Shown here piece after piece: positions 51,901 to 62,609 of a stretch of 64,000 bases of DNA. The position numbers and the translations under genes were made by a program. Position 1 is the first letter of the stretch. Each line of letters starts with the position of its first letter. The stretch is from contig NW_026262581.1 in assembly GCF_021869535.1 (NCBI RefSeq), forward strand, positions 30,442,001 to 30,506,000, written 5' to 3'. This DNA comes from Mytilus californianus. Lineage: Eukaryota. The notes under the pieces are model-generated. The model was given only the letters and a program-made list of their open reading frames with translations, was not told where the DNA came from and made no database searches.

Positions 51901-54900
51901 ATTTGTTTGTACGTTTTATTTCAAATGACAATGACATAAGGCAAAAACATATAAGAATAATTATCTTATGCTGAATGATAATGTCACATCTTTATCTGTC
52001 AAAGAAAGAAAAACATTTGTTAAAATTTTAATACCGTGTTTTAAAGCACATAGGTGCAATCAAGATCGATTAAATGTACATAGGTAAATAATCTGGCTAA
52101 TCCGATTATGTTGTCACGCGTCGTTAATTTTTAGGACATCCGATGGGCAATAAACCAATTAACAGCCACAGTGTTGGGAGAGAATCTTTGGAGGAAATTG
52201 GGAGTATAATCCGCGGTACGCGGTGTGACTCCGAAAAACACGGAAATCGGAAAAAAACGATCTCGAATCGATTCGTTTAAATGGTACTGTACTAGAAGAC
52301 TTTGATACACTGACAACCATTAACAAGGTTCTGAACTTGAGTCGAAACTAAAATAAATGACAAAAAGTATAGCAACATGAAAAGTAGTGCTAAAATTATT
52401 TTGAATAGCATTACCCTGTTATAAATTGCCTTTATAATTGAAAAGCATACATTTTCGCTAAACTAGTACACATTTTTGTTTAAGGGCCAGCTGAAGCCCA
52501 CCTCCGGGTGCGGGATTTTCTCGCTGTGTTGAAGACCCATTGGTGGCCTTTGGCTGTTTTTTTTCACTTTGTTCGGGTTTGTGTCTCTTTGACATATTCC
52601 CTGTTTCCATTCTCAATTTTATTGCAAGTATTGAAGTACCTGTGTCATACTGATTTCTTTTATTAAGTACAGAAAATATTGAAATGTAGCATAGTAAACA
52701 TGTTTTGAATACACCAGTATTAACAACTTTTATTCCTGCTGAAACACACATTTTAGATTCTTTTTCTATAGTTGCTGAAAAATTCAATACATGACCAATC
52801 TTCAATTACTACATAGTTATGAAAGTGAATTAGAAAATCCTGAAAAGCATCTTAAGATTTTAGTCTCAATAAATACCTTTTATAAAAGGTTTTGTTGACA
52901 CAATTGCACCTAGTTAATTCAGTTTCACTTAAAGTTCCTTTTTTTTTTGCAACAATATAGAATTAATATAGTAGATTTACATTTTGTTGATAGTTGTTTT
53001 TTTCTATTTCAAAATGGCCGTTTTTTAGTTGTTTTATTCTATTTCAGAATGGCAGATTTCTAGCATCAGGATCCCGAGATAGATATTTAACCTTATTAGA
53101 TCTGTCTAAGTATGACCCTACCACTTCCAAACAGAATGATATGAAAGTGTACGCCAGCGACAAAGCACATAAGGTAAATGGAGACATAATTGATATGGGT
53201 TTGTAATGAGTGTAAAGTCATATCAAAAATAAATTTATACAGTAAAATTTGATGCCAATATTTCTTTTGTCATACTTGTTTTATAGAAAGTCTTCTCTCA
53301 CCATAAACATTAATATCCCATATTTTAGAACTAACCTGCAATAATATCTAACAATGCAGCTTATTCATAGCTTGCAATGGCATTCTTTATCTCTTTCCTA
53401 AACTAATTCCAAGCAATTAAGAGCAAGTTATTTTTCCTTTGTGTTGTACTAGTATTTAAAAGTGTCTGAAATTTCTCACCTTTACCCTTAAAACAGTTAA
53501 AATTTGAGGATCTTTTCTGTTTAACTAGAGATATTCATAGTTTGTGCATTTAATTTCAATTTGACTTACATTGTGTCTTTTTATTTAGGGTTGGATTTGG
53601 TCCCTGACTTCTAATGACAAAACACTCTGCACAGGATCATGGGATAGATACATTAAGACTTGGGATCTGGAAGCAGGTGTTGTAGAAACACAATCATTTA
53701 AGTATGAAAATTATTGTAGGAAAATAAATATAAAAGGAGTCTATTTTCGTAACAAAATATTGTCATTTATGGATCAAGTTATAAAAACTATCCCTTTGAA
53801 AAAAAACATTAAAATATTTCTCAATAGAAGTTCTTGCATTTACTTATTGTAAAAACACACCTTGTAAACTCATATTTTTTTGCAACTTGACAAATCTGTT
53901 TAATTTAAAACAGTTTGAAAAACACACATAAAAACATAGCTGGAAATTTTTTAGCAGAAGAGGTAAAATATTATATAATTATTAGTTTATTACTTATATG
54001 TATCTAGAAAAAGCATCTTTTTTTTTATTTGAATTTATCATAGAATTTGTAAAGTAAACGATTTCATTCAAGGTGTCTTTCAGCTATCCTAGGATTACAC
54101 ATAGAAGTTACATGATTTTTGGTTTCGTTTCAGGTGTCGATCAGCTATTCTAGGATTGCATATAGAAGATAACATGATTTTTGGTTTCGTTTCAGGTGTC
54201 GATCAGCTATCCTAGGATTACATATAGAAGATAACATGATTTTTGGTTTCGTTTCAGGTGTCGATCAGCTATCCTAGGATTACATATAGAGACTAACATA
54301 TTATTTATTTCATTCCAGGTGTCGATCAGCTATCCTAGGATTGCATATAGAAGATAACATGATTTTTGGTAGTGGTTTTGATCGGCTAGTATATTCTATA
54401 GATCCAAGAGAAAATGTTATTAAAAAGAGAAAGTATCATCGAGGGCCAGTATTATGTTTGGCTGCTGACGAGGATTATGTTGTAACAGGAAGTGAAGATA
54501 AAACCATAGCAATCTATGACAGAAGAGCAGGAACAGTTTATAAAACTATACAGGTAAAAATCACTGGTACTAGCGATTTGGGTAGGATTTTGAGATGGTG
54601 ATTTTGGTACCTAAACCAGTTTAAAGTTCATTATTATTCCAAAAATAGATTGATTGATTGGTTTTTGTTTTTATGCTACCTTAGCACAAAAATAAACAAA
54701 TGGGGCATGAAGATGTTACTATAAAAATACTGCTGCAATTTCGGACACATTATGTAGTGGTATTCTCAGAGAATATGAAGAAAAAGTTGTTAATCATTTA
54801 AGGAAATACTGAAATAGGATAAATTTAGATTTGGAAATTTAAAGTTTAACCAGAAAAAAACTGTCTTTGAACCAATGAAGGGATAATTTGATAATAATTG

Positions 54901-57900
54901 TAAGATATATTGGTAGTATGATGAATAATCAATGGGAGATAACTACATGGGAAAAATCTTTAAGAAATGGTGTCCTTATCAAGGATTTTCTAACATTTTA
55001 ATTTCTTGTCACCTCATATGCAAGGTTTATATCATATACAAAAGATAGATAAGTTGTCTGTAGCATCAACTCAATATAGGGAATCAGCGATATGACAAAG
55101 ATTTTAGCATTTTAATTAACTATTGCATATAACAGGTGAATGAAACAGGGCTTCCAAAAAATATTTGAACCAGCCGGACATTTCTTGTCTTATCCCGATT
55201 TCAATCCCTTAAGACTTAGTAACAAAAGGCAAGCATTTTAATCAGTTGGGCATCATATAAACAATGATTGACACAAAAAAAGATTTTAAACTTGACTTTT
55301 GATAAAAATTCGTTGTTCTGACGTAAACTGTTCAATTGACGGTGCATCATTCAAAGTGTGCAACATCAGTGTTCTAATATCTGCCTTTAGACTCTTAATT
55401 TGTGGAAATTACGCTGTCAACAACTTCGCTTTCCATTTAAAAGAACACATTTGTCTAAAACCGGATGTTGACTTGACAATGGTAAAACATGAACCAGAGA
55501 CGGATACATAAAATATGTGTACGTTTACAAAGCCTGATTGAGTTTTACATGTTTTAGTAGCTTTTTCCACGTTATTTCAGGAAAATACTCGAAATGAACA
55601 TTAGATAAAGGTATCAATGATAATTTTTGAATTTTTGAAAAATTCAGATGCATAATTAAACCTAACACTTGTGTACATGCCCACACGTGTACTAGTTCAA
55701 ACAACGTGGTTCTGGCGATTTTTCAATTACAACCTTTTTTAATTTTTTCATTAAATAATGTTCATATACGTATCTGATAATCTAAATCTTTTTGACTAAA
55801 TTGATTAGATGCAAACTGCTGAAATTTAAAAAAAATAACTTTTAAGTAAATAGACTGATCATTGACAAGTAAAAGCCATAATAAGCTTGTCAGACGGGAC
55901 AAGTAAGAAAATAAATTAAATCCAACTTTGATGATCAAAGTAATAAACAAAAAACAAGAAAAGGAGATAAAAACAAATATTAATCTGACATGTTTACTTG
56001 CAATCGATGATTTAAAACTGGTTCCTTTGTCAGATACTTATACCAGTCTTACCTGTAACAAGACATTTCAGCACCGGGAAAGAATCAGCTCCATGTTTTA
56101 TAGACAGTTCAGCACCGCTGGAGACATTTCGGGACCAAGACAAACCAGTACCTCGTTTTCCTACATTGTTATGTTGCTTTATGATAAATATATGATAAAT
56201 TTTATTTAGCAAAAATATTTTTAAAAGAAAAATGAAGAAATTATTGACCATAAAATCCAAAAAATCATATTTGATCATATTTAGACAAAACAATTTTTGA
56301 TTGTGTTTGAATAAACATTTTAATATATTAAAAACAAAGCTGATAGTAGTAAGGCACTAATCATAATAATCAACATTTTATCAACATAAAACCAGGATAC
56401 AAACCAAATGAGTGACAAGCCTACCAGACTTTGCCTGATGTGAAGAGTCTGATGAGACTTTGGCATTGATGAAAACTAGAACCTAAGTCCTGTGACTAGA
56501 AATGACTAGATTCAGTTGTTCCCGACTCTCTATTTTTGAAAAGGATATCAAGAGATATAAATCAAATTCTGCTCTAATGTTTTAATTCATTTTGTTCATT
56601 GAATCAACCTAAAATGCAAAAAAGTTTAATATAAAGTTTGTTTTTTTGGACAAATCATAATTCCATTCGGACAAGTAAGTTTTGGTATGTTACTTGTCCT
56701 ATTGGACAAGTTGAAAAAAAAAGTTATTGTAGAGGCCTGCACAGGTGATAACAGGTAAATTTCACCTGTTAGATACTTACATGTAATTAACTTTGATTGT
56801 AATGAGAGGGGATTATAGTAGGGCTTGTTTATAGAGAACTGTCACTTTTATGACCAGAAAAGTGTGGCTGTTTAAGGCACAAGGTCAAGTCAAAATGGTT
56901 GATTTTTCTGAATCACATGAACGATGAAATGGCAAACCAACATAAAATGTTCGTTTCATTCTTGGCCCAGTCAGACATTGTCCGATAAATTTAAATTTGT
57001 CCGGCAAATATGACTATTTTGGAAGCCTTGGTATGAAACCCGATCATTTTCTATACTAATTAAAATAAGTGGATGAAAGATATTATCCCATACCTGTTGT
57101 ATAACTTCTAATGTGAAGGTTTTATTCGTAACTTTTTTTAATTTCAGTTAGAGAACTATCCTATGAGTTTAAATTTAGGACACCGACAGTTATGGGTAGG
57201 AGATAAGACTGGTGGTATACATGTGTATAATACAACTTGTGGACAGTTTAAACACATAGAGGTATGTAACCTATTTCTTGATATTTCAAATAATATTTTT
57301 TTAAGAATTAAAGATTTTGTTACATATAGATTTTTTTTTGGTGAAATTTTCATCAGGTGTTTTATTTTTAAGAAAATTTTACCCTATGGTAAAATTGCAA
57401 CCAATTTTATATATCAACCAGACAGTAAGCAGCCTCATTTGTACAGTAACTTATACATGGGGAAAATATGTGATGATTCATAGTTAACTAAAAGATATGT
57501 ATGAGTATTACAGCATTTTTTGCCCCCTCTGCTATCCATAGCGGAGGGGGTATTTAGCTTTACCCTTGTCCGTCGGTCTGTCATCCATCTGTACGTTCCG
57601 AGATTGGTTTCCGTTCTTTAACTTTAGTTTGCCATAGCCAAATGTTATGTAACTTATACAAAATGCTTATTACCACAAAACTCAGATCATTCGAATTTGT
57701 GTGGTTTCACTTTTACCGTTCTGGAGTTATGCCCCTTTATAATGTAATATGCAAACAGGGGCATCATCTGTGACCCATGAACACATTCTCCATTTATTTT
57801 TTTATTTCATTGGAACATTGCAAAAAAAGTGATTATGTGATAACCAAGTAACCTCATTATTGGTCCATCAATGCGCCTCCGGGTGCTGGAGTTTCTCGCT

Positions 57901-59811
57901 GCATTGAAGACCCATTGGTGGCCTTCGGCTGTTGTCTGCTCTATGGTCGGGTTGTTGTCTCTTTGACACATTCCCCATTTCCATTCTCAATTTTATATTA
58001 AATTAATATGTTGTTGTTGTTAGTTTGTCATTGATACACTAACAATAATAGAAAGCATGTCACAAGAAAAGGAAATAAACAAGTAGAAGTGGTTTGAAGG
58101 TTTACAACCTTTAGCAACTAGAACAAAATGTACACTCTAAGTCAAGCACTAAACGACTAAAAAATTAAACTTTAAGCAAAGCCATTTTAAGAAACAGCTA
58201 ATATTTATCTCTTTTGTACTCTTTTTTTTCAGAGTTGTGATGTTGGTCATACAGGAAAAGTTACTGGCATCATATACACACCTGGTGCCCTGTTTACATG
58301 TTGTACTGATACAACCATAAAGGTTTTGGAACCCAGTTTAAATCCAGGCACCATCAACACTCTGACCTCACATGAAGGAGAAGTTGCAAGGGTAGGTTTT
58401 TTGTAAGATTGTTATCTTATTGTTTAAAATCAAACTAAAAGCTAACATGATCAACCTTTCTTTCAAAATAAGAATCTCTGAAATTGCGGGTTTTTTGTGT
58501 ACGAAAAAATATGATAAGGATGCTTGAGGCTAGCTTTTAAGAATGGTGCTGTGATTTTTTTTTGAGATTGGTAAAAGCATGGTTTTAATCCAAATATAAC
58601 CAGACAGTGATAGATGAAAACAATGCCACAGTGATTTTTAGTGTGTCACTGGACAGCAAAGCTTAAGCAACACATAGGGGTATCTTCTGATGTCTTGCAT
58701 CACAGTTTATTAATCTGCAACTTCTTGGTAGCAGCTTAACAGAATACAGCCAAACTTGCTCAGATTTTTTATAGGAAGTTGACCTTTTGCTACAATGTAT
58801 TATAAAACAAGAACTTAGCCATTTCTACTGAAATTACTCTGAGATTGCGGGCAACACACATCTTCCTTGGAAGACTTATACATTTGTTCTTGGCATTTTT
58901 AACTTTTTACTTGGATTAAATTATTATGGAGTTGAATTTTTGCATTCAAATTAAAGTTACAGTCAAAAGTATTTATCATTCAACAATACTGATGATGGGA
59001 GTTTTTAACGACCTTGACTGGCTATACAGCTCTCGCATGGTCGGTGAAATTCAACAATAGACAAGTGTCAATGCAATATGTAAAGCTCTAAACAATAGAC
59101 AAGTGTCAATGCAACAGAGTTCTCGATAAGTGGTGGTCCTAGGGATGTGACCACCACATTTTTGGGAAGGACCAACACAATTTTGGTAATTTGCAATAGA
59201 AATGATAGTGAGGACCTGCATATTTTCTTCAAAGACCACCAGGCAAAAAAAGATTTCGAGAACTCTGATGCAATATCTAAAGCTCTAAACAATAGACAAG
59301 TGTCAATGCAATATGTAAAGCTCTAAACAATAGACAAGTGTCAATGCCATATGTAAAGCTCTAAACAATAGACAAGTGTCAATGCAATATGTAAAGCTCT
59401 AAACAATAGACAAGTGTCAATGCAATATGTTAAGCTCTAAATTGTCTAACACAGTTGTGAATAAATCTAATAGAGACATTAGGCACTAACAATGATTTAC
59501 CATTAATACCAAATTCTCTAAATGACAAAAACATAAAGTTATAAAAAAAGAAATCCACTGTTGAGGTTCCAGACTTGGAACAGGCAAATGACTATTAGCA
59601 TTATAAACTTCAAGGTCTTTTTTTCAATCAAATTTGTACGACTATTTTGCTGATTCAGAGTCAGTTAGCTACCTTAGTAAGTTAAACCTGACTTTACAAT
59701 ATATATATTTATATAATTTTGTTTCAGATATCATATCAGAATGGAATATTAGCAAGTGCAGGAAGTGATGTCTCAGTACGGATTTGGAGACCAAAAGATA
59801 CTTGGTACTAA
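48571..59811 (+). CDS. FBXW9: F-box/WD40-repeat protein 9 (MEC-15-like), 8 coding exons, 447 aa
   Basis: Exons 48571-48943, 49298-49437, 53048-53173, 53589-53701, 54319-54553, 57148-57261, 58233-58391 and 59728-59811 join in frame (1344 nt). F-box LDKLPLELLIHICNFL, then WD repeats LASGSRDR, HKGWIWSL, TGSWDRYIKTWD, VTGSEDKTIAIYDRR, LWVGD, DVGHTGKVTGI, matching the FBXW9 motif order. Confidence 0.93.
49298..49437 (+). CDS. FBXW9: FBXW9 coding exon 2
   Basis: (D)EDFNWQEACIEREK...VDSVHLME; TTTCAG acceptor, GTAAGA donor. Confidence 0.92.
49821..52289. mobile_element. 2.5-kb non-autonomous TA-targeting (Tc1/mariner-like) element
   Basis: TA-CAGTACCATT...AATGGTACTG-TA; second inverted block TTTCGGAGTCAC; internal ~120-bp duplication at 50335 and 50592; no transposase ORF. 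Confidence 0.7.
53048..53173 (+). CDS. FBXW9: FBXW9 coding exon 3
   Basis: NGRFLASGSRDRYLTLLDL...KAHK; TTTCAG acceptor, GTAAAT donor. Confidence 0.94.
53589..53701 (+). CDS. FBXW9: FBXW9 coding exon 4
   Basis: GWIWSLTSNDKTLCTGSWDRYIKTWDLEAG; TTTAG acceptor, GTATGA donor. Confidence 0.94.
54073..54370 (+). repeat. 61-62-bp tandem repeat of the FBXW9 exon-5 acceptor plus exon start, 5 copies
   Basis: AG|GTGTC at 54073, 54134, 54196, 54258 and 54319. Confidence 0.95.
54319..54553 (+). CDS. FBXW9: FBXW9 coding exon 5
   Basis: CRSAILGLHIEDNMIFGSGFDR...RRAGTVYKTIQ; TTCCAG acceptor (last of 5 repeated acceptors), GTAAAA donor. Confidence 0.9.
55146..57030. mobile_element. 1.9-kb hAT-like element (8-bp TSD, 7/8) containing a partial copy of the 61080-61677 MITE
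   Basis: TIR CA(G/A)GGCTTCCAAAA, 13/14; flanks GAATGAAA / GTATGAAA; 56194-56739 matches ~61155-61677. Confidence 0.72.
57148..57261 (+). CDS. FBXW9: FBXW9 coding exon 6
   Basis: LENYPMSLNLGHRQLWVGDKTGGIHVYN...HIE; TTTCAG acceptor, GTATGT donor. Confidence 0.93.
57516..57795 (-). mobile_element. Reverse-oriented HINE-like element
   Basis: Hairpin CCCCCTCTGCTA-TCCA-TAGCGGAGGGGG, GTCC/GTCT tract, distal GGGGCA inverted motif. Confidence 0.55.
58233..58391 (+). CDS. FBXW9: FBXW9 coding exon 7
   Basis: SCDVGHTGKVTGIIYTPGALFTCCTDTTIKV...HEGEVAR; TTTCAG acceptor, GTAGGT donor. Confidence 0.93.
59053..59439. repeat. 38-bp minisatellite, 6 copies, second copy interrupted by a MITE
   Basis: Unit AACAATAGACAAGTGTCAATGCAATATGTAAAGCTCTA. 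Confidence 0.92.
59115..59267. mobile_element. 153-bp MITE, 12-bp perfect TIR, 6-bp TSD
   Basis: CAGAGTTCTCGA / TCGAGAACTCTG; TSD ATGCAA, with the empty site shown by the sister repeat units. Confidence 0.9.
59728..59811 (+). CDS. FBXW9: FBXW9 last coding exon
   Basis: ISYQNGILASAGSDVSVRIWRPKDTWY*; TTTCAG acceptor; AATAAA at 59969 and 60189. Confidence 0.92.
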   Translation: MSYQNGILASAGSDVSVRIWRPKDTWY

Positions 59812-61079
59812 ACTTCTTAAAGACTAGAAAAAACAGATGAAATTGGGAGTAGTGCAAAATTCTGCAATATTAAATACACTGGTGCTTGCTTATGGCTGCT
59901 GACAGGGTTGACAATGCAATCTGAATATTTTTAGTCCCAGAACTTGCATCTGTGAAATAGGATTTATGAATAAATTTATAAAATACTTATTGTGATTGCA
60001 GAGATAAGCACATAACAAGTTAGATATGTAGTAGTAAAAATTAAAAAGTAAAGGAAAGATTATATTTAGGAAGTGTGATCTGTTATGATGAGGACAGGTT
60101 GTTAATGGACCAAGTTTCATCTTTATTGTTTTCATTTTTCTTAGTTTCACATTCAATTGGATCTTACCTATTTCACAGCTAAAGTCTTAATAAATTTACT
60201 TAAGTATTAGGTTATCAACAATTCAATCAGTGTCATTGTATGTATAATTATTCAGCCTTTACCGTTATCGTTTGATGGCAAAAGGGAATAATCATATTTT
60301 AGACTTTTTTTATTATTGATGATGGACAAGTGCAGGATTGTTATGCTTTCTTGAGTTGATATACCACTGTCTTTTAGTACGGAAAATACAGTTGTGACAA
60401 GGATTAATAATGAAGTGAAAAGAATAATGTTTAAAGCGAATGATGATGTAGAAATATATATCAATAAGTTAAGCTTTGCTGTTGAAATTCATCTTTCAAG
60501 ATGGCAAGCGTTTACCGGACACATTAAAAAAAAATCTACACTCAAGGTAAGTTGCTAAAACATAGCTCAAAATGCTATAAAAACATTGGAATTTTCTTCT
60601 TTTTTTTCCTTTGGTGCTTTCCCTTGCAACAATTGTATTTTTTTAAACCAAGGTTTTCTTATGAGATGAAAATCAAGAGTTACCTATGTTTAAAAGGTGA
60701 CATTTCTTGAGATTTTGAAATATTGTCAATAAACTTAATATTCCAAAATTGCATTTAACATGGTCAAGCATGAAATAATTGTTTTATTAAGAACAACATA
60801 ACATTATGATGATAATTTACACATTTGTTTGTTTTTTTTGTTAATAATGTATTATGTTTAGGCCTTCAATTCAAGTATCTGTCATGTCTGTGATAATTTT
60901 TAGTATGTAACATATATATTGCATAAATATTTTAAACATTTTTGTTTTATTATATGTATTCCACATCCGAATCTCAAACTTATTGCTTTGTCATGTTTAA
61001 AATTAATATATGAGATGTTATCATCAATTTTAGATGATTAGCAAACTATATTGTTCATTGCCCCCTTCTATAGTTTGGG

Positions 61080-61677
61080 CAGGGCTCGACAATAACGCTT
61101 GTCCGATTGTGCGGTACCAGAGGAAAAAAAGGTCGGACAAGTAAAAGCTATAATAAATTTTATTTAACAAAAATATTTTTAAAATAAAAAATGAAGAAAT
61201 TATTGACCATAAAATTCATAGAATCATATTTGATCATATGTAGACAAAACAATACTTGATTGCTTTTGAATAAACATTTTAATATATTAAAAACAAAGCT
61301 GATTGTAGTAAAGCATTAATCATAATAATCAGTATTTTACCAACATAAAACCAGGATACAAACCAAATGAGTGTAGACTGACAGGCCTACCAGACTGTGC
61401 CTCATGTGAAGAGTCTGATGAGACTTTGGCATTGATGAAAACTAGAACCTGTGACATGACTAGATTCAGTTGTTCTTGACTCATATTTTTGAAAAGGATA
61501 TCAAGAGATATAAATCAAATTCTGTTCTTATGTTTTAATTCATTTTGTTCATTGAATCAACTTAAAATGCAAAAAAGGTTAATATTAAGACAAGTTACAA
61601 TTCCATTCCCACAAGTAAGTTTTGATGTGTACTTGTCCTATTGGGCAAGTTGAAAAAAAAGTTATTGTTGAGGCCTG
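61080..61677. mobile_element. 598-bp MITE, 17-bp TIR, probable 5-bp TSD
   Basis: CAGG(G/C)CTC(G/A)ACAATAAC, 15/17; TTGGG on both sides. Confidence 0.78.
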
Positions 61678-62609
61678 TTGGGTCATGAAATTTATCTTGG
61701 AAATGGTTGCTTGATGTTTTTGTTTTTCCAATGTTATTTATTATTCACATTGTTTTAAAATTCTTCACAGAATAAAAACTAGAACATTTCAAAATTGGCT
61801 TGAATAATCTCTAGTGAATTTCCTGTTGAAAAAATAATCAAAAATCTGAGCTTCAAGGAGTATACAAACAGAGACTGGTAAATAAAGCCTGGACCACTTG
61901 GCACACACATATCTGCGACATAGAATACAGCACCATTTCAGATATGTTCTATGGTTTTTAAGTGCCAGGAAAGAAATCGAAAATCTTGTACCAATGAATT
62001 TCAATTGAAAAAAATGTCCTTCAATCTCTTGATAAAGCCCATTTCATTTGAAAGACATTAAATAAAATATAAAAATTTTGAATAGAAGTAAAGAACAAAT
62101 TCTTAAAATTCATCTGAGTAAAGTTTACGCATATTTATGACAAAGAAACTCAAAAGGCAAGATTCACACACACAATTAAGACTTGAACCCACTAAAACAA
62201 AACAGCCAATACAGAAATGTATGCTTTTGAAGTATGTATTTCATATAAATATAGTTAGTCAACAGCTCGACAGCTATCAATTGTGACATGTGAATGCTTT
62301 TTGGATCTGTCAGACACTTGCTTCCAGTTTTCTGATACTTTGAATTGTAAGTGTGGGTATGCTTAGCATGTCAACTCAAGCATACTTATTCTGAAACACT
62401 GGGCCAATTTTAACCACATGGGCTTAACAGTCTTTGGAGTTTCTTGTAGAAAATATGTGTTTGTGCCTCCTCATCAAGCAATATGGCCACCACAGCTACA
62501 AATGGAACATAAGGGGTAAATTGCATATAATTTTTCTTCAAATCAGAAAACGAAAATTTGCCCATGCAAAAATTTACCGAATGCCAACATCTTACTTTAC
62601 TCATCTTAC

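Noticed and set aside
52458-52805. 115-aa ORF
   Set aside because: Its 3' half is the dispersed AAAATTGAGAATGGAAA repeat, intronic and antisense to FBXW9
62410-62604. 64-aa minus-strand ORF as the exon of another gene
   Set aside because: No recognisable motif and no partner exons; adjoins the truncation point of the Penelope-like element
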